From Octopus sinensis (lineage: Eukaryota): a stretch of 64,000 bases of DNA. Position 1 is the first letter of the stretch. Each line of letters starts with the position of its first letter. The position numbers and the translations under genes are program-made. The stretch lies in the NCBI RefSeq assembly GCF_006345805.1, contig NC_043014.1:11346001-11410000 (forward strand). Reading direction: 5' to 3'. Under the pieces are notes generated by a model that saw only the letters and a list, made by a program, of their open reading frames with translations, made no database searches and was not told where the DNA came from. This document shows, one piece after another, positions 53,532 through 64,000 of this stretch.

Positions 53532-53876
53532 ATACACACACATGCACGCACGTAGAGGAGTGGGAGAGAACAGGAAGTTTAATTCCAGTAAAATCAAATT
53601 ACATTGATCTAGGAATAATATATGTAACTGTGTACAGGAAATTAAAATTCCTTGACGTATTGTAAGTAAGTAGGCTAAGCAAAGATATACAAGAGGTAAC
53701 TAGTTCTCTTAGCTTTTTGTTTGGATCGTTACAATATATCTTTCACAGTCTCGATATAGTTTTTTCTCTTTCTCTCTCTTTCGGTTTATATTCGTCCACC
53801 CCTGAGAAAAAAAAGAATATTCCAGAACAAAAATTTTTTAAATGCGTTAAATCGCATTCGTTCATTTTCTCATATA

Positions 53877-54104
53877 CGAGGGGTTGTTTGAAAGTTCCTG
53901 GTTTGGGGTAAAAGAAAATACAGAAGGATCTGTTAATTATGAATTTACTCAACCTATTCCGCCCACCTCAAATTCACACAATTATTGTTCCTTCGGTGTT
54001 CTTTCAGTTTTTCTAAGCCCTGTAAAAGAACTCGGAAGGTTGAGCCTCCAACCAAGCCTTTCGTAACACCCTTAAAGCCAGGAACTTTTCAGCACCCGCT
54101 CACG
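53877..54104. mobile_element. mariner-type MITE with degenerate TIRs
   Basis: The left end TA|CGAGGGGTTGTTTGAAAGTTCCTGGTTT is inversely similar to the right end AAAGCCAGGAACTTTTCAGCACCC. Confidence 0.65.
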
Positions 54105-54121
54105 TGTATATATGTGTGTGT

Positions 54122-54505
<384 letters not shown>

Positions 54506-54688
54506 AGGTACTGGTATCCAGAAAATCCAAGATAGCAAGTAAGGCTATGTAAGCGCTATGGAAGGTGCGTAGTTAAACTTCGGTTCGATAATAATACAAG
54601 TGAGGAGTCTAATGCGGGTCTTGTATGAGCATGTATATGTTAAATAAAGCTGTGTGGAATTTTCAGGACATTTATAAAGGGAAAGTTT

Positions 54689-54736
54689 GTCTTACAGCTG
54701 TTTCTAGGATATTGAGGATATCCCTTCATCAGAGGC
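54689..54736 (-). ncRNA. Type I hammerhead ribozyme motif with canonical core
   Basis: Minus strand: gccu CUGAUGA ag GGAUAU ccuca AUAUCC ua GAAAC AGCU GUA agac. Stem III is the palindrome ACAGCUGU; a paralog lies at 44718-44769. Confidence 0.72.
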
Positions 54737-55275
54737 GATGGGAGATGGTTACATAGAGTTCAATATAAGGAGTTATTTTGGAAAATGGTGGAAATAAGAA
54801 GTATAAAGGGAATAAAAGTAAAAATAAAAATATATGTAACATGTTATAGTTGCAGTTCCTTTATCCAAAGAAAGTGGTGTGTAGAAGTGGTAGGAGTGAT
54901 TCTACCACCATAAGAAGAAAAATAATTTTAAAAATCCAGGCACATATCAATAAAACATCAAATTGTAAGGCGAATTCTACAATTAAAGATGTGATTCTCT
55001 CTACATGTAATTTTCTTGTTATATATATAGTTGGAATTAACAAAAAAAAAAAAATACGGGTGTGCAATTTCGGGATGGTAATTTTTTTTTTGTGCCAAAT
55101 AAATACATGTACTATATATTTTTTGCGGTGCGTGTGTTTATTTAGCAAAAGAAAAAATGACCATCCCGATATACAACAGTATCTGTTTCAACATATGATT
55201 ACACATCAAAAATCTTACAAAACGAATTCACACACACACCCATAAATTCACGCACACGCACGCACACACACACAC

Positions 55276-55313
<38 letters not shown>

Positions 55314-55377
55314 ATATATATATTATATATATATATATATACACATACGTATATATGTGTGGGTGTATATATACATG

Positions 55378-55437
<60 letters not shown>

Positions 55438-56346
55438 ACGTACAGATTGTGCACAAAAGAATCAATCAACAAAGTTCGTACCGACAAAAACCATTACACA
55501 ATAAGATCTCGGATGTTTGATTTTTTGTAGACTTAAAAAATTTCTCAGCTTTTAATTTTTTCTTTCCATAAATGATCAGGCTGTACATAATTTTAACCTT
55601 CAACCCTTATTATATTTTGGACTCATTTTAAAGTAGCACCGCTAAGTGTTTTTGCAATCTATTTAAACACTAAAATTCAGCATTTATTTCATGCGCCTGA
55701 ACAACATGTGCTTTCGCGCCAAACTTCAAATATTTAAAATTCAAAAAAATTTTTAAACATATTAAAAAACTTTTAAAAAAAATTTTTAAAACCCTTTTAA
55801 GTCATTTTTGAAAAAAGAAATATGGATAACTGAGATGGATGGAAATGGTTCACCCATATCATAGCACATGTTCTCGAAACGGCCGTAAGTATTTGAACTT
55901 TCAATGGATTCCTCTTCAAATCATTTTTAACCACTCTTTCATTCATTCGATAACTTGGATTAATGCAATATTGACCGTGCATGTATAATTGCCTTCTCAT
56001 TGATTCCAAACACGGACATACAATTTCATACGATGTCATGCGAGTATATTTATGTTTTATATTTTATATTGTATCTACATATTTATATTTACGTATATTT
56101 TTATGAAGTATTCCGACGTTGAGAAATCTACTGATGAAATGAATTCTGACTCCTGAAATTTGTTTTCTTTTTATTAATCTTTATATTTCATTTTGCTCTA
56201 ATACATAGAGCGCTAAGTTGTTGTTTTGTACAGGAAGTTAGTCTCCTTTCTATCTGATTACATATATATATATATATATTATATATATATATATATATAT
56301 AATATATTATACCTTACATAGATTACATACATACATACATACATAT

Positions 56347-56377
<31 letters not shown>

Positions 56378-56647
56378 CATACATACACACAAACTCATCA
56401 CATACATACATACATACATACATACATACACACACATACATACATCATACATTACATACATACATAACATAACATACATACATACATACATACATACGTA
56501 CGTAAACATCAACACATGGAACATTGGGGAACATTCTAGCAAATCATCGACCAATAACGAACCTAACATGTCGGACATTGTAGTTTGTGACAGACAAAAC
56601 AAAATAAGTACCGTCATAGAAGTCAGACATCCTGTTGTTTTGAATTA

Positions 56648-57158
56648 CCGTAAATCCTCGAGTATAGTCCGCCCTTGAGTATAATGCGCAGGGGATTTTT
56701 AGGGAGCTGTACCTCTGAAAAACCTAAACCTTGTGTATAATATGCACCCCTTCTCTAACTTGAGTCAAGGAGGTCTATATAACGTCTTTGGTTTGTAAAA
56801 ATGTATACAGTAATGTCCTTTATTATAATTGTATATATAACATAATGCAAATGTGTAGCTTTTTTGTGCATTTTGTTTGCAGAAAATAAAGAAATAACAG
56901 TAATAACATTTAATAAATGTTGCTTACTGTAAGTTATGGATGATCCTTTTATGACTTCATTGCTTTCAGACTTAGCTTAAGGTATTTTCGCGCCCGATAT
57001 CACAAAATGTGTCTGAATCAACATTGCTGGACAGCAAATAGAGACTCGGACATTGCTTAGAAAATATTTTTCATGTTTAACCTCATGTATAGTACGCACT
57101 AGGGATTTTGACCTTTAAATTTTGGGAAAAAATGCGGATTATACTCGAGGACTTACGG
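56648..57158. mobile_element. Tc1/mariner-pogo-type MITE with TA TSD
   Basis: TIR CCGTAA(A/G)TCCTCGAGTATA(G/A)TCCGC at both ends; TA at 56646-56647 and 57159-57160. Confidence 0.88.
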
Positions 57159-57243
57159 TATCTCTTTGAAAATCAAAGGAAAATAGGATAAGAACGAATA
57201 GTTGCTTCGAAACCTCCTGTTTCTATACACATATTATAGTTTC

Positions 57244-57427
57244 ATGTTTATATCAGTAATGATTATTGGACTTCTTGGCTTTGCGAATAAATGCCTGAGT
57301 GACAATCCGGAAAAGTTTTCGGGAGAAGGGAATCAAGAACGAACCCGAACATTACAAACACAATCTGTAAAAGAAGGAGTGAAAATACGCCCGACTTTTG
57401 ATACCTACATTCCAGCGATGAAGCTTG
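57244..57427 (+). CDS. Candidate coding exon of a small secreted protein (unverified)
   Basis: AG acceptor at 57238-57239, a signal-peptide-like MFISVMIIGLLGFANKCLS, a polar continuation, and a phase-1 GT donor at 57428. No homolog recognised. Confidence 0.25.
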
Positions 57428-58715
57428 GTATCTTTGTTAAGAACCAGCTCCTTCCTTACTGGAGGATTTCAAATAATTGAAAACAGAAGAGAACAATCGC
57501 ACACATACACACACACACACACGTACATGTATGTAGCTAAATCATTATATGTATATTTATATGCATAGATAACTATCTATTCATGTTCTAAGCTCTTTAA
57601 TTAAGACGTCGAAATATGAGCAATTACAACAGAACGACGCACAGACAGCCCACGTAACACTTTAGAATTGATGATGATCTTTTCAAAAGGTAACCTAAGC
57701 ACAATAGACTCCAAACTGGTCACGGTTGAAAGCCATACACCATGAGGTTTAATTTGATACGTTAGATAAATATCCCAGCTAATAGCTTGCATCGAAGCGT
57801 GCCTTTACAACGATTTTGCATTAAACTACATGTTTCTTATAGCTTAGGCTACGGGATAAACAACAAAATGAGCGGTTGATACTCTATGATTTAATAATAA
57901 TTAATTAACTATACATATGTTATATAAACATAAACAAAATATAAAAGTCAACCAGATGTATGAATTAAAATATTCAATCTTTCCGCTTTTTCCTAGCTCA
58001 AAAAACCAAAAGATAAAAACAAAATCGGAAATCAGGAAATGAAAACAAAATAACATAAAAATAATCATGAAAATAGAATATTTCGTTCGAGGAATAACTA
58101 GAAGATGATATCGAGATTTAACTGACTCTCGTATGATATTTCACTCGTTTTAGACGACTAACTAATAAATGGCGAGTCTTAGACGAGTCCAAAGTAAATG
58201 CGTTTTAACTTTTTTTGTGCTGGATGTCTGATAGAAACGCTTATTTACGTACAGAGCATATAATTGGCTGATGGGATGGGAGGAACGCATCTGCTCTAAA
58301 TATATAACATATCTAGTTACTAAGGCGGCAAGTCCTGCTGAGATATCAGAATACACCCACTCAGACTACAGCGCCACCCAGTATTCAACTTGGTAATTAA
58401 ATGTATTGAAGATACGCTGAGTTGAGTTACTACGGTTGCTATAGTTACCTACGTTGAATTAGAGGCTATCAGGTAATTTTTCTCTTTCCCTCTCAATCTT
58501 TTTCTCATCCACTTTACCTTCAATTTATTACTTGGACGTAAACGTTGACTCAAGTTTTATTTTCTTAACTGTAGGAGTAATTAATTAGGTTAGGGAGATT
58601 CTGCTACTTAGAACCGTAAATACTGCAATAGGATCTTTTATATAAATAGTGAAAATATACATACACGGAGATCGCTATACGCTATTATACGTATATTGTT
58701 GTATGTGCCTACGCG

Positions 58716-58803
<88 letters not shown>

Positions 58804-58893
58804 CGTATGTGCGTATTTGTGTAAGTGTATGCATGCACTCATATGTATATACATGTGTAGATACATACATACATAAATACATACATACGTTCA

Positions 58894-58924
<31 letters not shown>

Positions 58925-59189
58925 CAACTTAAATACACAACCGAAAGAGCCACTAATAGTTTCATGCTTTTGTGATACTTGAGCAGGCATATTTATAAAA
59001 TACACTATGTATCTTAAAGCAATCTGTTTGTGCGTTATATACATTTTAAAACACAAGGACGCTGGACAGTAAGAAAATAAAAAAAAAGACGGAGATAAAA
59101 CGCAAAGAAGTTTGGTGCAAAAAATGGAACGAGAAAAAAAAAAGAAACAAAATCAAGAAAACGAAGATCTTTGTCCTTCCTGATTGCAG

Positions 59190-59293
59190 AAAATCCATTA
59201 AATACAACTGATATAGAACAAAATAACATAAAATATGTCAGTCTCCGTGACAACAACTCGATCAGGAGCGCTTGGTGGGACCCTCCAGTTTGA
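59190..59293 (+). CDS. Candidate terminal exon, phase-compatible with 57244-57427 (unverified)
   Basis: Acceptor ctttgtccttcctgattgcag|; reads (E)NPLNTTDIEQNNIKYVSLRDNNSIRSAWWDPPV-stop. Confidence 0.22.
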
Positions 59294-59780
59294 TAAAAGA
59301 AACTTGTCAATGTGTCTACACCTGCTAAAAATATCAGATCTGGAATTAAGCGGTGTGTTGGAATTGTTGGATCCAAGAAAAATATGAAATCTTTCTGCTA
59401 CGCATAAGTTGCATTTCTTAAACCAATTAACATATAGTTAAGAGAAATAATTCAGAATGGCCAGTTGCATTGCATGATATACCAATGAAGAAAAGCTTGA
59501 TTAAGGAAAAGGACAAGAGGATAATTGTGAACACGTGTTTCGACATTAATGGACATCCATTAATGCTGAAACATGTGTTCAGTACATACACACAGTGATA
59601 TACATATACATATGTGCGTGTGTGTGTAAGGGAGAGAGAGGGGCGACTGTAAGTGTGCATACATACACAAGTAAATGGATGTGCGTTTTGCATTCATACA
59701 CACGTGCACACTAACACACACACAAAAACACCACACACCACATACATATAATATATACAGACATACAGGCGCGCGCACAC

Positions 59781-59837
<57 letters not shown>

Positions 59838-60160
59838 GATTAACTATATATAACTATATTATGTATGAACTTATATATATATAATATATATTATATATAT
59901 ATATACATATATATAGTTAAAAAATGGAAAGGGGATGTAAAATGTAAGAGAATTCTGTTACATTTTAACATCTCTTCTCCATCTTTAACGAATTTGTTGA
60001 GTGTTATGGGAATCCTTTCCATAAATTCACATAACACACCATATACAAGTATTATTTTCATATTTGCAGTAAGCTACCAGCAAACTATGAAGAATTTATA
60101 TTAGAAATCTTTTTGGGAAATCCTCCAAATTAAAGGATGAATCTTATTCAACCTTTTTAC

Positions 60161-60240
<80 letters not shown>

Positions 60241-60251
60241 GCATATACATG

Positions 60252-60289
<38 letters not shown>

Positions 60290-60797
60290 TGGACAAAAAA
60301 TGGAAATACCACTATTTATTTAATTTTTTTCTGTTACCAATATTCAGAACTGTTCGATTTTGCATATATGGTGGTCACATGCTCTATGTATGCTTTGTAC
60401 TTCATGATATAACTTTCTGTTTTACTTTTATTTACTTTTTCAGATATTTATATTTAAATTAGCGCGACCTACTAGATTTCCAATGAGGATAAATCGATGG
60501 AGCACGGATGGCTGGAGCTTCAGGTACTAAGAATGCTTGAATGCTTTATGCTTCGTAAAGTACAGTCCCTAAAATCACTTTAGCATTCCAAAACTAAGAT
60601 AAAAGCCAATTCTTGCAAGCGAACTCTGGACGGACGGTAAATCTTACAGAGAAGGGCCGCAGAATAGTGAAACGTATTGTGTCTAAAATCAATTGTTCTG
60701 CAACAGTAAAAGAGACTGAAGAGTTAAGCCCCCACCATGCTCCATAATCCTGGATACCACGGGAGGGCTACAAGTTCCAAACCTCTACTGTCTATCA

Positions 60798-61040
60798 GGA
60801 GGCACATGACCGAGCGATGTGCGTGTTTATGAGCGAAACACCTAAGCTCCACGCGGCTCCGGCAGAAGGTAATGGCGAACTTCTGCTGACTCTTTCGCCA
60901 CAACTTTCTCTCACTCTTTCCTCCTGCATCTTGCATCTCACCTGCGACGGACCGACGTCCTGTCCAAGTGGGGAACCTATACGCCAATGAAACCGGGAAA
61001 CCAGCCCTTATGAACAAAGCATGGCTGGAGAAGGAATCAA
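60798..61040 (+). mobile_element. SINE family E (3' module 4) with a deleted tRNA head
   Basis: ggaggcacatg is joined directly to accgagcgatgtgcgtgtttatgagcgaaacacc; the rest matches 54190-54410. Confidence 0.85.
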
Positions 61041-61099
61041 AAAGTAATAACTGTCTATCATCAACCGTAACAAGTAAAAATGGCGTTTAAACTTCCAAA

Positions 61100-61332
61100 A
61101 ATTTATGGTTCAATGGATAATGCCATGTTCTCTGATGAATCATCAATCACCCAAATTCCCCACTTCGGAGCAAGTTTATGCCTGGAGACAGCCCATAGAA
61201 GCCTTTAAACTTGTGTAGCTCTTACCGGTAAGCATGGCAATGAGTTTGTGGTGAAGTGGGCAGCCATGTCGCAGAATTCTCTTGGCTCTTTAGACGTTCT
61301 ACAGTGCAGAATTAATGCTAAGGATTATTTGT
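61100..61332 (+). pseudogene. Tc1 DDE transposase fragment, decayed
   Basis: Across frameshifts: W-NAMFSDESSIT, TSEQVYAWRQPIEAF, KHGNEFVVKWAAMSQNSLGSL-VLQCRINAKDY. These match the Tc1 FSDES and KHGGGSVMVW motifs. Confidence 0.78.
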
Positions 61333-61769
61333 ATATATAATATATATATACATATATATATATTTATAAAAAGTTTAGGTTGTATACGAGTGGGTATATA
61401 TTTATGAAAAAAGGTTTTTTGAAAACGCCACTATATAAAATAAATTTTAATTTTCTTTGAGATTTTACATGTTTCGGTTCTTCTTCAAAAAACGAACCTT
61501 ATCAAAAATATATTAAAATTTCACGATTACAGCCAACGATTCTAGGCAATGCACAAGACAGTCGTTATGCTTCACCCCCCCACAAAACACCACCACGTGG
61601 ACTCTATTGAGACTAGTAAGAAACAATTATGAACTTTTTCATTACACTTAACTTTTTAAAATATTTTTGATAAGGTTCGTTTTTTCAAGAAGAACCCGAA
61701 ACATGTAAAATCTCTAAGACAATTAAAATTTATCTTATATAGTGGCGTCTTCAAACTTCTTTTATATAA

Positions 61770-61832
<63 letters not shown>

Positions 61833-62019
61833 GTGAAAGAGAGACAGAGAGAGATAGACAGACAGACATGTTATATATACGTATATATACAAACATGTAT
61901 AGATCTATGCATGTATACACACGCACGCATCGCGCGCGCGCACACCAAGTAGTTGCTTTGAGGTGTATTCTATTATTGTTTGCTTGCCATCTTACTGGGT
62001 GTGGGTTCCAAACATAAAG

Positions 62020-62067
<48 letters not shown>

Positions 62068-63439
62068 TATTATATATACATATACATATAATGTTCATAT
62101 ATACATGTGTGTGTATGTGTGTCTGTAAACCACTCCTACAAAATTGGCGGGTAAGTAATGATATGATAGGCCCCAAGCAACCACTTAGTGAGTTAGGAGT
62201 TTTACAGAAGAAAAACAAAAGAAATCTCTTGAGAAACTGTCCCAAGAATGATAAAACAATCAACGCAAGAAATTTAAGACTTAGGATGATATTTATGAGA
62301 GGGCCGAAAAGGAAGAGAGTTTCACAGGACAGAAATGCGAGGAAAGAAATTTCTGGAGTAGAAACACAGAAGGAGCGGCAACTATGGTGAAAGTATGTGA
62401 AACTAGCAGAAAAGTGAATGGAACTTATAGAGATGAAGAATTCGCTCAGAGTAAAAATAATTCTTGCTTATTTTGGTACAAGGTCAACAATTTGAGGAGC
62501 GGTGGGGCAAGTTAATTTCTTTGACCCCTGGGCTCAACTGGTACTGGTATTTATTTTATTAACCCTGAGAGGGTCCTCGGTGGAATTTGAGTTCACTATG
62601 AGTAAAAATAATGTCAAGTTTAATGAAGAGAACCATCTTTCATAGAGCTTGATTTAATCGAAGGACTAATTTGGTAATTCCAAGCAAGATCTGCAGAATA
62701 AGTTCAACGTAAAAGACGATTCCAGTCTTCGTCGTTTACGTTGGACTTATTCTGGAAGAAGAAGAGTGTCAGATACAGAAATAAGAATATCACCAGTGGC
62801 TTGTAAGAAAACATTTTAGTTTTCAATCATTCGAAAGTAACTAACCACTGAGTACTCTGATCAGCAACCGTTCAAGCAGTGGAAAACCAAGTATTTTCAC
62901 TCGAGCAGACCAATCAGAATTCTCATTCAAAAAAGAATACGAAAGTATATATGTATATAAGAATGTATATATATTTAAAAATATATATATAAAATGTAGA
63001 TATTTTTATTATATATCTCAATTAAATATCCTTGTCAGGTATTGCCAAACCGTTCACCTTTTCATTGATGCTATAATCCAAACATACTGGCTCAAGGAGA
63101 GGCCACTTCTAGCCGCTTTAAAAAGGTAGTCACAAAATCACATGTTCAACTGCAGTTTAAACCGAAATTTTAGTGGCACTCAGAGCACAGTGTGAGCACT
63201 CAGAGTGCATACTTATTAGTTTGCACTCCTCGTATCTTATATACGGAGTATATTGGAATAAACATATAATGTATACATGTATATAAGGATATACATATAT
63301 TACATATATATATATATAAGAATGCAAAGTATATATTTATATAAGAACTAAAGTATATGTGTATATTAGAATGCACATATATTGTATATATGTATATAAG
63401 AATATATATTCTCATAGAAATAGTATATGTTCGGATATA

Positions 63440-63830
63440 AGAAAATCGTCAGGGAAATTCAGAGGGGAATTAGGGTAGCTGAACAATGACAAACCATTGA
63501 CGACAACTTTTTCAGTAATAACACAAGGAAAGCATTCCAAGAAGCAAAAGATCTCACCAAAGAATTTAAACCGAAAATAAACACCATCAAAGATAAAACT
63601 GGAGTGGAGAAGCTTGTAGAAAGAAAAATGATGGAATGATGGATACAAATACCACAGCAGCAGAGATCCTAGCGTGCTGAGCGAAGAGGAATCTTCCAAT
63701 GATAATTACTGCCTAATCGTGTAAGAGGAAGTCAAAGCTGCAGTCCCTGAAAAGCAGAAAGTCGGTAGAAATCGACAGTTTCATTGCTGAACCGCTGAAG
63801 CATGGAGAAGAAACCAAAAGTTATATCATA
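63440..63830 (+). pseudogene. Decayed LINE ORF2 fragment (RTE-like, region upstream of RT)
   Basis: EEVKAAV / LKSRKSVEIDSFIAEPLKHGEET resembles EEV..AI..LK.GKS.G.D.I.AELLK.GGE. Confidence 0.6.
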
Positions 63831-64000
63831 ACAAACAAAAAAAAAAGAGGGAGCGAGAGAGATCAAAAAAGATATCATTACGATCCTCTGCTGTGAAATC
63901 TAGCAGATTGTGAATGGTGTGTGTGTATGTATTTATGTATGTATTATGTCTGTATGTTTGTATGTATGTATGTATGCACGTATATATGTATGTGTATGTA

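Overview
Repeat-saturated, AT-rich eukaryotic non-coding DNA. The SINE families and the very high (TA)n/(CA)n/(TACA)n/(TAGA)n density match my recollection of Octopus (coleoid cephalopod) genomes; this is not database-checked. No intact protein-coding gene is recognisable, and nearly all ORF-track entries are microsatellite or SINE read-throughs. Supported content: at least four tRNA-headed SINE families (one with a shared head and four different 3' modules); decayed mariner, Tc1, Helitron-PIF1, R4/Dong-type RLE, RTE-like and Penelope GIY-YIG coding fragments; several MITEs with clear TIRs/TSDs; non-autonomous Helitrons; and microsatellite-bounded tandem duplications. The most notable signal is about ten minimal hammerhead-ribozyme-like motifs, some with a recurrent non-canonical core, in short Penelope-like repeats. 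These repeats sit in (TA)n tracts and often form fold-back structures. A weak candidate for a small secreted-peptide gene lies at 57.2-59.3 kb.
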